A stretch of DNA of 64,000 nucleotides from the NCBI GenBank assembly GCA_964482225.1, contig CAYZWT010000019.1, forward strand, positions 3,909 to 67,908. Reading direction: 5' to 3'. Positions 1-7,863 of the stretch are shown one piece after another. Position numbers and translations under genes: made by a program. The notes beneath the pieces were generated by a model. It was given only the letters and a program-made list of their open reading frames with translations, was not told where the DNA came from and made no database searches. Source of the DNA: an uncultured Anaerolineales bacterium (GTDB taxonomy: Bacteria; Chloroflexota; Anaerolineae; UBA1429). Position 1 is the stretch's first letter, and every line of letters begins with the position of its first letter.

Positions 1-2
1 TG

Positions 3-134
3 ATCGCCGACCCCGAGTGGCCCGCCAAGGTGCGCCAGGAGCGGCTGGACGAGATCGTTACCTGCACCAAGTGCGATCACTGCTTTGTGGATTTGCGCGC
101 CGAGCAGCCGGTGGGCTGCGTGCAGTGGCGCTAG
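3..134 (+). CDS. 3' end of a gene cut by the window edge (last 43 aa; possibly OYE-type NADH:flavin oxidoreductase tail)
   Basis: Frame 3 is open from the window edge to TAG at 132-134 (IADPEWPAKVRQERLDEIVTCTKCDHCFVDLRAEQPVGCVQWR*). The family guess rests only on the ADPEWP-type tail. Confidence 0.35.
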   Translation: MADPEWPAKVRQERLDEIVTCTKCDHCFVDLRAEQPVGCVQWR

Positions 135-152
135 GGATAGGAGGGGAACCCC

Positions 153-1043
153 ATGCGGCGTAGGGTGCGGCGGCGGCGACCGATCTCGCCCATCTGGCCC
201 TTTTTCATCCAGGCCTGTTTCATCTCCTGGTTCGCCTGGCTGCCGGGGTTGGTGCTGGGGCCACTGCGCGGATACGAGCTATACGTGGGCGTGGATTTCC
301 TGCGCGTCTTTACGGAAGGGTTCGTGGACGGTACCCACGCTGCCGTGGTGATCCTGTTCTGGATCGCCGTCTATGGCCCGTTCATCAGCGCATTGGGGAT
401 CAGCCAGCGGATCGGCGGCGGGGCGGGCGTGCGCGACCTCTTGCGGCGCATGGTGCGTTGGCGCATTCCCGGCTCCTGGTACGTGATCGTCCTGGTCCTG
501 CCGGTGGTGAACCTGCTGCCCGCGATTGGGTTGGCCTATGCCACCGGCGTCGCCCCAGAGCAGCCCAGCCTGCCCCTGGCGGCGGGCCTGATCCCCCTCT
601 TTTTCTTGTATCAACTGCTCACCAGCGGTCTGGAAGAGCCGGGCTGGCGCGGATTCCTACTGCCCTTTTTGCAGCGCCGCTTTAGCGCCGAGCAGGCCAG
701 CTATATCGTCGGCGGCCTGTGGGCTCTCTGGCACCTGCCCTATGTGATATCCCTCTATCAGGGCCCGGCGCTGCCCTTTGCCCTGGTGGGTTTCGGCCTC
801 AATCTGGTGGCCAGCTCGGTGATCTATACCTTTCTTTACAACAACACCGGCAGCCTGTTCCTGGCGATGGTGTACCACGCCGTGGCCAACGTGGTTGCGG
901 CGCTGGCCATCGGCGTGATGGGCACGCACCCCGCGCCCCAACTGGTCATGGGCCTCACCTCGTGGGGCATCGCCTGGCTATTGCTGCGGCGCTATGGCGC
1001 CGAGCGGCTGACGGGCTCAACTGTGGGCGCGCAGAAAGGGTAG
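153..1043 (+). CDS. CPBP family intramembrane glutamic endopeptidase (CAAX/Abi-like)
   Basis: 296-aa polytopic ORF. GGAGGGG SD lies just upstream of ATG 153. CPBP motifs are present: EEPGWRGFLLP (EExxxR), LWALWHLP and YHAVANV. Confidence 0.8.
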   Translation: MRRRVRRRRPISPIWPFFIQACFISWFAWLPGLVLGPLRGYELYVGVDFLRVFTEGFVDGTHAAVVILFWIAVYGPFISALGISQRIGGGAGVRDLLRRMVRWRIPGSWYVIVLVLPVVNLLPAIGLAYATGVAPEQPSLPLAAGLIPLFFLYQLLTSGLEEPGWRGFLLPFLQRRFSAEQASYIVGGLWALWHLPYVISLYQGPALPFALVGFGLNLVASSVIYTFLYNNTGSLFLAMVYHAVANVVAALAIGVMGTHPAPQLVMGLTSWGIAWLLLRRYGAERLTGSTVGAQKG

Positions 1044-1822
1044 CGCCGCCTCCAGATAGGGGGCGAACCGGTCGCGGCGGATATTGTGCCCCGCGCCGGG
1101 GATATGCACCACGCGCCCATCCTGGAACAGCTCCGCAGCCTGGGCGCTCTCGATGGCGGTCATGCGGGCGCCCAGCTCCGGCTCGCCGGTGAGCAGCAGC
1201 ACAGGGCAGGCGATGGCCTGGGCCGTCTGCGGCCACGCCGTGAACGCGGGCCGGTAGAGTTCGGCGATGGCGACGTTGAACTGTCCTTTGGCCTCGGCCC
1301 AGGGCGGCAGGATGGCCGGGTCCCACAGGGCGTATCGCGTCGGGCCTGGGCCACCAGCTCCTCGGCGCTCATGGCCTGTAGCTTGCGATAGGCCGCGCCG
1401 CGATCCGTCGCGCCGGGCGGCGGCGCAGGCGGGGTGTTCATCCAGGGCGGGTCTTCCAGCACGGCGCAACGCACCAGCTCTGGGTGACGCGCCGCGCAGG
1501 CCGCCGCCGTGCCCGCCCCCATCGAGTGCCCCACCAGGGCCACGCGCTCCAGCCCCAGGGCGCGGATCAGCCCCGCCTCGTCGTCGCCCAGCTCCTCCCA
1601 TCCGTATACCTCGGACGTATGCCCCGAGCGGCCGTGGTTGCGCGCGTCATAGGCCACCACATGGTACGCCTCGGCCAGCGCGGGGGCCACATCGGGCCAA
1701 CAGAGGCCGGAATCGGTGACGCCGTGGCTGAGCACCACGGCGGGCCGGGCCTCGTCGCCCGCGCGATAGACGTGCAGCCGCAGGCCGTTGACGGCGACAT
1801 CCTGTTCTTTCCAATGCAGCAT
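1017..1822 (-). pseudogene. alpha/beta-fold hydrolase interrupted by one frameshift near 1330-1340
   Basis: The N-terminal 163 aa (ORF 1160..1822, nucleophile elbow GHSMGAG) and the C-terminal ~107 aa (frame of ORF 1017..1601: RYALWDPAILPPW..CPVLLLTGEPE..IPGAGHNI) read as consecutive parts of one hydrolase. They sit in frames offset by one base. The junction is AQARRD | (R)YALWDP. Confidence 0.7.
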
Positions 1823-1836
1823 CGGTTTCCTCCTTC

Positions 1837-2955
1837 TCAGTGCGCCACCGAGCCATCGGCGGCAAAAGAACCCACAATGGGGCGCTCCTCAAACGGGAAA
1901 CGGGCCAACTGCTCCTCGCGCAGCTCGACGCCGATGCCGGGGCCCTGCGGCAGCAGGATATAGCCATCCTGCAGCGTCAGCGGCTCGGCCAGGATCGCGT
2001 TCAGCGGGTGGGCGTCCGCATCGTTGCACTCCATCAGCCGGTAGCCCGGCGTGGCGGCGGCGAACTGGACAAAAGCGGCGGTGTTCACCGGGCTGCCCAT
2101 CAGGTGGGGGAACACCCCCACAAAGGCGGCCTCGGCCAGGCCCGCGATCTTGGCAAGCTGGGTATAGCCCCCCGCCAGCGAGAGATCGGGGCGGATCATG
2201 GCCACCGTCTGGCTATCCACCAGGCTCTTGAACTGCTGCAAGGTATGGCAACGCTCGCCCGTGGCGATGGGGATATTCACATGGCGCGCCACGTATTGCA
2301 GCGCCTCCGGGCTCTCGGGCGCGATGGGGTCCTCGTAATAGAGCAGGCGATAGGGCGCCAGCTCGCGGGCCAGGATGATGGCCTCGTCGGGGGCCAGGTT
2401 GCGGTGGATCTCTAGCCCCAGGTCCACCTCGTCGCCCACGGCCTCGCGGATGGCCGCCACGATGGCCACGGCGTCCTTGATCGTCTTGGTGGGCGTCTGG
2501 CGCTCGAACCCCGGGAACATGGGGATGGTGCGCAGCGAGGTGAACCCTCCGGCGACCCGTTGGCGGGCGCTCTCGGCGCGCTCATCCAGGGTGTTGCCGG
2601 TGACATTGGCAAAGACCCGCACCCGGTCGCGCACGGGGCCGCCCAGCAGGGCGTGGATGGGCCGATCCAGGGAGCGGGCCAGGATATCCCACAGGGCGAT
2701 ATCCATGGCGCTCAGGGCGGCGCTGATCACCGACCCGGCAAAGTGGGTGTGGCGGGAAAGGACCTGATAGTGGTGCTCGATGCGCGTGGGGTCCTGGCCC
2801 ACGAAATAGGAGCCCAGGTCACGCAGGGCCTCGCGCACCCAGCGGTGGTGGGCCCACAGGCCCGCCTCGCCCGTCCCCACAATGCCCGCGTCGGTATACA
2901 CCCGCACCAACAGCGAGCGCCCGACCAGGAACGGCGTTACACGTGCGATCTTCAT
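1837..2955 (-). CDS. enolase-superfamily enzyme (mandelate racemase/muconate lactonizing family; galactonate/mannonate dehydratase-like)
   Basis: 372 aa. N-terminal capping domain MKIARVTPFLVG..VRVYTDAGIVGTGEAG. Barrel region has metal-ligand-type acidic residues (EIHRNL.., YYEDPI, ATGER). AGGAGG SD precedes ATG 2955. Confidence 0.85.
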   Translation of the reverse strand: MKIARVTPFLVGRSLLVRVYTDAGIVGTGEAGLWAHHRWVREALRDLGSYFVGQDPTRIEHHYQVLSRHTHFAGSVISAALSAMDIALWDILARSLDRPIHALLGGPVRDRVRVFANVTGNTLDERAESARQRVAGGFTSLRTIPMFPGFERQTPTKTIKDAVAIVAAIREAVGDEVDLGLEIHRNLAPDEAIILARELAPYRLLYYEDPIAPESPEALQYVARHVNIPIATGERCHTLQQFKSLVDSQTVAMIRPDLSLAGGYTQLAKIAGLAEAAFVGVFPHLMGSPVNTAAFVQFAAATPGYRLMECNDADAHPLNAILAEPLTLQDGYILLPQGPGIGVELREEQLARFPFEERPIVGSFAADGSVAH

Positions 2956-3040
2956 GCGAGTCTCCTCCTTGGGACTATGCCGACACCCTCTCGCAGGACC
3001 AAAGACGCGGAGCCAATGACCTGGTTTTCTCTGCGTTCCT

Positions 3041-3090
3041 GACGCGCTCGACGCTTCCGAGCGTCACGCTCAGGAGGCGTGGCGCGAGGA
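3041..3090 (-). repeat. GC-rich palindromic intergenic element, family 1 (ACGCT-N4-AGCGT hairpins)
   Basis: The reverse complement reads GATCCTCGCGCCACGCCTCCTGAGCGTGACGCTCGGAAGCGTCGAGCGCGTC. It shares GATCCTCGCGCCACGC..TGAGCGT with 11201-11229 and 41723-41760. Confidence 0.7.
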
Positions 3091-3118
3091 TCATTCGAGC
3101 CAATCTTGGAGCAAACCT

Positions 3119-3931
3119 CTAGAACAGCACGTATCCCCCGCACACCGCGATGCACTGGCCCGTCACATAATCCGAGAGGTCGGTGACCAGGAACTCGATC
3201 ACCTTGGCGCAATCCTCGGGCAGGCCCAGGCGCCGCAGGGCGATCTGGGGCTCCAGGCGGGCGCGCGTCTCTTCGCTGGCGCGCCCCTGGGCCACCGCCC
3301 GCGAGGAAAGGATCCAGCCGGGCGCCATGCAGTTTACATTGATCCCATACTGGCCGAGCTCGGCGGCCAGCAGCCGGGTGTACTGGATCACGGCGGCCTT
3401 GGCCACGGCATAGGGCGCGCCGCGCCCGCCGATCTGGGCGTGCAGCCCGGCCTGGCTGCCGATGTTGACGATCTTGCCGGAGCCCTGGCGCTGCATGATG
3501 GGTGCGGCGGCCTGGCAGCAGAGGATCGTGTCCATCAGGTTGACATCCATGATGTAGCGGAAATCCTCTTCCGGCGCCGTCGAGGCCGCCGAGCGGTCGT
3601 TGCCGCGCAGAGAGCCTCCCGCGTTGTTCACCAGGATATCCAGCCGCCCAAAGGCTTGTTCGATCTGGGCGAACATGGCCGCCACCTGGGCGGCGTCGGT
3701 GGCGTCGGCCTCGATGCCCAGGCCGCGCACCCCCAGGGCCTCGATCTCGGCGACCACGCTCTCGGCCGTCAGCTCCTCGCCATACTCTTGGTGAGAGCGC
3801 AGGCTGATGTCATTCACAACCACGTGGGCCCCCAGGCGCGCCAGGTGCAGCGCATAGGCGCGGCCCAGCCCCCGCCCCGCGCCGGTGACCAACGCCACCT
3901 TGCCGGCCAGCTTTTTCATTGCTTCCACCAT
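3119..3931 (-). CDS. SDR family oxidoreductase (3-oxoacyl-ACP reductase-like)
   Basis: 270 aa. Rossmann motif VTGAGRGLGRA, NNAG, and catalytic YAVAKAA (YxxxK). An alternative start at ATG 3919 (MKKLAGK) is possible. Confidence 0.9.
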   Translation of the reverse strand: MVEAMKKLAGKVALVTGAGRGLGRAYALHLARLGAHVVVNDISLRSHQEYGEELTAESVVAEIEALGVRGLGIEADATDAAQVAAMFAQIEQAFGRLDILVNNAGGSLRGNDRSAASTAPEEDFRYIMDVNLMDTILCCQAAAPIMQRQGSGKIVNIGSQAGLHAQIGGRGAPYAVAKAAVIQYTRLLAAELGQYGINVNCMAPGWILSSRAVAQGRASEETRARLEPQIALRRLGLPEDCAKVIEFLVTDLSDYVTGQCIAVCGGYVLF

Positions 3932-4160
3932 GCCCCCTTGTGCAGCGCCAGACGTATGCCATGCTCGTGCATGGGCGTCATTCTAGCAAAAGCCGGAGCC
4001 AGAGTCACGCCCGATATGCCCCCACAACTCGTAGATTGTGGGCCGGTTCCTTGCCCGTTTTGAGCGCATCATACAGCAAACAACGAAATCTAAAGGCGAA
4101 AAACGGGCCTGTGTGGAGGGACGTCGTTCGTTAAAATGCCTTTCGCCCCGGCGCGGGTTG

Positions 4161-4169
4161 TGCTACAAT
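4161..4169 (+). promoter_or_regulatory. extended -10 element (TGcTACAAT) upstream of dnaE
   Basis: TGCTACAAT lies about 150 nt upstream of the dnaE GTG start. The -35 is weak (TTTCGC). Confidence 0.4.
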
Positions 4170-4320
4170 GGTTAGGAAGCGGGCCCACAGACGCGCGCCC
4201 CTCGATCTTTGGCTCGGGCTCCTCACGCGGGCCGAGCGCGCGCCGCCCGGCCCCCTCGGTTCGATCCCCTGCCTGGCGGGCGTCTGCGGTCTGGTAGATA
4301 GAAGAGATGCGGAGGGCGCG

Positions 4321-7300
4321 GTGAGTTCCTTTGTGCACCTGCATGTCCACAGCGAGTTCTCGCTGCTCGATGGCCTGGCCCGGTTGCCAGACCTATGCAG
4401 GCGCGCCAAGGAGCTGGGCATGGAGGCCCTGGCCCTCACCGACCACGGCTCGATGTACGGCGCCATCAAGTTCCACCACGCCGCCCAATCCGCCGGCATC
4501 AAGCCGATCTTTGGCTGCGAGGTCTATCAGGCCCGCCGCCGCCTGCACCAGCGCGACGCCAAGCTGGACGCCCGCTCCTACCACCTGGTGCTGTTGGCCG
4601 CTGACATGACGGGTTATCACAACCTGCTCAAGCTGGTGACCACCGCCCACATGGAGGGCTTTTACTATCGCCCCCGCATTGATCAAGAGCTGCTGGCGGA
4701 GCACAGCGAGGGCCTGATCTGCCTGAGCGGGTGCATATCGGGCCAGGTGGCCTCGCTGGTGCGAGAGGGCCAGCTCGATCAGGCGCGGCGCACCATCGGC
4801 TGGTTCAAGGACCTCTTTGGCCCCGACCGCTATTTCATCGAATTGCAGCGCCATGCGGGTGTGCCCGAGCTGGATCAGATCAATGTCCAACTGGTGGAGC
4901 TGGCCCGCGAGGCCGGTCTGCGCTGCGTGGCCACCAACGATGTCCACTATACCCTGCGCGAGAACGCCTTTGCCCAGGAGCTGCTCCTGGCGTTGCAGAC
5001 CAACACCACCCTCGCGGACCCCAACCGGATGCGCATGGGCAGCGACGACTATTACCTCATGTCGCCAGAAGAGATGCGCCAGGTGATGGCGGACTATCCC
5101 GAGGCGGTGGAGAACACCCTGCTGGTGGCCGAGCAGTGTGATGTGGATTTGGGCTTTCAGGGCTACCGCCTGCCCAAATTTCCCGTGCCAGAGCCCCACT
5201 CGGCGTTCGAGTATCTGCGCAGACTCTGTGAAGAGGGCCTGCGCCGCCGCTATGCCGAGATCACCCCCGAGATCCAGCAGCGCCTGGATTACGAGCTACA
5301 GGTGATCCACGACATGGGATTCGACGACTATTTTCTGATCAACGAGGACCTGGTGCGCTGGGCCAAAAAAGAGGCCGGCATGTTGGTGGGGCCGGGGCGC
5401 GGCTCGGGCGCCAGCAGCATCGTCGCCTATGCCCTGGGCATCACCGATCTGGAACCGCTGAGCCTGGGCCTGATCTTTGAGCGTTTTCTGAACCCCGGGC
5501 GCATCACCATGCCCGATATTGACCTGGATTACCCCGAAGACCGCCGCCAAGAAGTGATTGACTATCTCACACAGCGCTATGGCGCGGACCGCACCTCGCA
5601 GATCGCCACCTTTGGCACCATGGCGGCGCGCGGCGCCATCCGCGATGTGGGGCGCGCGCTGGGCATCCCCCTCAGCGAGGTGGACTATGTGGCCAAGCTG
5701 GTGCCCATGGGCCCCAAAAAGACGATCCAGGACGCCCTGGATAACGTGCCCGAGCTGCGCGAGCTGTACGATTCCAAGCCCTATATCCGCAAGTTGATTG
5801 ATTCCTCCCTGGCGGTGCAGGGGGTCTCGCGCCACTTTTCCACCCACGCCGCCGGCGTCCTGATCGCCGACCGGCCCCTGGTCGAGTACACCCCGTTGCA
5901 GCGCGCCCCCCGGGGCGAGGGGATCATCTCCCAATACTGCATGTCCGACGTAGAGGATATCGGCCTGCTCAAGCTGGATGTCCTGGGCCTTTCGACCCTG
6001 ACGGTGCTGGATCGGGCCTTTGCCTGGATCCGCCGCACCCACGGCATCGAGATCACCCAAGAGACGATCCCGATGGACGATCCCGATAGCTATGCGCTGC
6101 TCTCCTCCGGCGATGTGACGGGCATTTTCCAGGTGGAGAGCGAGGGCATGCGGCGGGTGCTGCGCGACATGCAGCCCACCGAGTTTAGCGATATCATCGC
6201 CATCCTGGGGCTCTATCGCCCCGGCCCCATGGCCTCCATCCCCGAGTACATTGACCGACGCTTTGGCCGCAAGGCCGTCACCTATCCGCACCCCTCGCTG
6301 GAGCCGATCCTCTCCGAGACCTTTGGCATCATCGTCTATCAAGAGCAGGTGATCCAGATCGCCACCGACCTGTCCGGGTTCACTGCCTCTGAGGCCGACC
6401 TGATGCGCCGGGCGATGGGCAAGAAAAAAGCCAAGGACATGGAGCGGCAGGGGAAAAAGTTCGTCGAGGGTTGCGTGGCCAGGGATATCCCCCGCGAGGT
6501 GGCCGAGGCGATCTTTGCCGATATCGAGACCTTTGCGGACTATGGCTTTAACAAATCCCACGGGGCGGCCTATGCGGTCATCACCCTGCAGACCGCCTAC
6601 CTCAAGGCCCACTATCCCGTCGAGTTCATGGCGGCGCTGCTCTCGGTGGAACGCGGCAACACGGACAAAGTGGCCCAGTTCGTGGCCGAGTGTCGCCGCC
6701 TGGGGATCGAGGTGCGCCCCCCGGATGTGAACGCCTCCGGCGTGGATTTCCAGGTGGAGCCGCTACAGTGGCAAACCGTGGCCGAACGCAACGACCTCTC
6801 GGGGGCCGATGGCCTGGCCATCCGCTTTGGGCTGGGCGCCATCAAGAACGTGGGCGATGGCCCCGCTGAGGTGATCGTGCAGGCCCGCGGCCAGGAACCC
6901 TTTGCCGATATCGAGGACCTGATCAACCGGGTGGACCTGCGCCAGGTGAACAAGCGCGTGCTGGAATGCCTGGTGCGGGCGGGGGTGATGGATTCGCTGG
7001 GCGAGCGCAACGCGTTGCTGGCCTCGCTGGATTCGATGATCGCCATCAGCCAGGGGGTACACGGCGCCCGCGATGTGGGCCAGCGCAGCCTGTTCGATCT
7101 CAGCCCCCAAGTCATGGGGCAGGGCGGCGGCGCGCGCTTTCGGCTGGCGGACAACGTGCCCCCGCTGGGCGAAAAGCAGCGCCTGGCCGACGAGAAAGAA
7201 CTGCTCGGCTGCTACCTCTCCTCCCATCCTCTGGATGTGCTGACTCTGTACGAGGACCCGCGCCTGACCGCCATTCAAGACCTGGACCCCTCGCGGGGCG

Positions 7301-7833
7301 ACGAACCGGTCACCGTCGCCGGTCTGTTGAGCGGCATCCGGGCCATCACCACGCGCAAGGGCGATCCTATGGCCTTTGCCCAGCTCGAGGACCTCACGGG
7401 CTCTATCGAGGTAGTGGTATTCCCGCGCACCTATGAACTGGTGCGGGCCAACCTGGATGACGGCGCGCCGGTGCTGATCAAGGGCAAGCTCAACGAACGG
7501 AATGACTCTGTGAGCTTGATCCTGGACGAGCTGGCGCCCTACAGTCTGCCGCCGGGGGCCGCCAAGCGCCAACCTGCCGCGCGCAAGGCCCGGCGCTTGA
7601 CGGTCGAGATCCCCCTGAACGGGGACGACGCCAGCGCAGCCTCTCTCGCCCGCAAGGCCCTGGATATCCTGGGCGAGGCGCCGGGCGACGTGCCTTTTCG
7701 CTTTTGGCTGCGGGCCCCCCAGGGGCGCGTCCAACTCGAATTCCCCCAAGCGACCACGCGCTACTCGCCCCAGTTGGAGCGCCAGCTCAGCGACTTGATC
7801 GGGCGCGAGTGCCTGCACATCGAATGGGCCTGA
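4321..7833 (+). CDS. dnaE: DNA polymerase III alpha subunit
   Basis: PHP domain start SSFVHLHVHSEFSLLDG, palm motif MPDIDLDYP, plus GIFQVESEGM, HGAAYA and a C-terminal OB-fold region. GTG 4321 is preceded by GGAGGG 4 nt upstream. The ORF-track ATG 4168 would add 51 Arg/Pro-rich residues with no DnaE-like character. Confidence 0.95.
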   Translation: MSSFVHLHVHSEFSLLDGLARLPDLCRRAKELGMEALALTDHGSMYGAIKFHHAAQSAGIKPIFGCEVYQARRRLHQRDAKLDARSYHLVLLAADMTGYHNLLKLVTTAHMEGFYYRPRIDQELLAEHSEGLICLSGCISGQVASLVREGQLDQARRTIGWFKDLFGPDRYFIELQRHAGVPELDQINVQLVELAREAGLRCVATNDVHYTLRENAFAQELLLALQTNTTLADPNRMRMGSDDYYLMSPEEMRQVMADYPEAVENTLLVAEQCDVDLGFQGYRLPKFPVPEPHSAFEYLRRLCEEGLRRRYAEITPEIQQRLDYELQVIHDMGFDDYFLINEDLVRWAKKEAGMLVGPGRGSGASSIVAYALGITDLEPLSLGLIFERFLNPGRITMPDIDLDYPEDRRQEVIDYLTQRYGADRTSQIATFGTMAARGAIRDVGRALGIPLSEVDYVAKLVPMGPKKTIQDALDNVPELRELYDSKPYIRKLIDSSLAVQGVSRHFSTHAAGVLIADRPLVEYTPLQRAPRGEGIISQYCMSDVEDIGLLKLDVLGLSTLTVLDRAFAWIRRTHGIEITQETIPMDDPDSYALLSSGDVTGIFQVESEGMRRVLRDMQPTEFSDIIAILGLYRPGPMASIPEYIDRRFGRKAVTYPHPSLEPILSETFGIIVYQEQVIQIATDLSGFTASEADLMRRAMGKKKAKDMERQGKKFVEGCVARDIPREVAEAIFADIETFADYGFNKSHGAAYAVITLQTAYLKAHYPVEFMAALLSVERGNTDKVAQFVAECRRLGIEVRPPDVNASGVDFQVEPLQWQTVAERNDLSGADGLAIRFGLGAIKNVGDGPAEVIVQARGQEPFADIEDLINRVDLRQVNKRVLECLVRAGVMDSLGERNALLASLDSMIAISQGVHGARDVGQRSLFDLSPQVMGQGGGARFRLADNVPPLGEKQRLADEKELLGCYLSSHPLDVLTLYEDPRLTAIQDLDPSRGDEPVTVAGLLSGIRAITTRKGDPMAFAQLEDLTGSIEVVVFPRTYELVRANLDDGAPVLIKGKLNERNDSVSLILDELAPYSLPPGAAKRQPAARKARRLTVEIPLNGDDASAASLARKALDILGEAPGDVPFRFWLRAPQGRVQLEFPQATTRYSPQLERQLSDLIGRECLHIEWA

Positions 7834-7863
7834 CGCGCACCAACCGAGGGGAAACAGCATAGG

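Noticed and set aside
4258-4269. tRNA-like T-arm sequence GGTTCGATCCCC in the dnaE upstream region
   Set aside because: The flanking sequence cannot form the T-stem (CTCGG versus CCCTG do not pair). I could not build an acceptor stem, D-arm or anticodon arm around it. I treat it as a chance motif inside the dnaE leader.
4168-4320. ATG 4168 as the dnaE start (ORF-track call)
   Set aside because: The extra 51 residues are Arg/Pro/Gly-rich with no DnaE homology. ATG 4168 overlaps the TACAAT -10 element. GTG 4321 has a GGAGGG SD and gives the canonical PHP-domain N-terminus.
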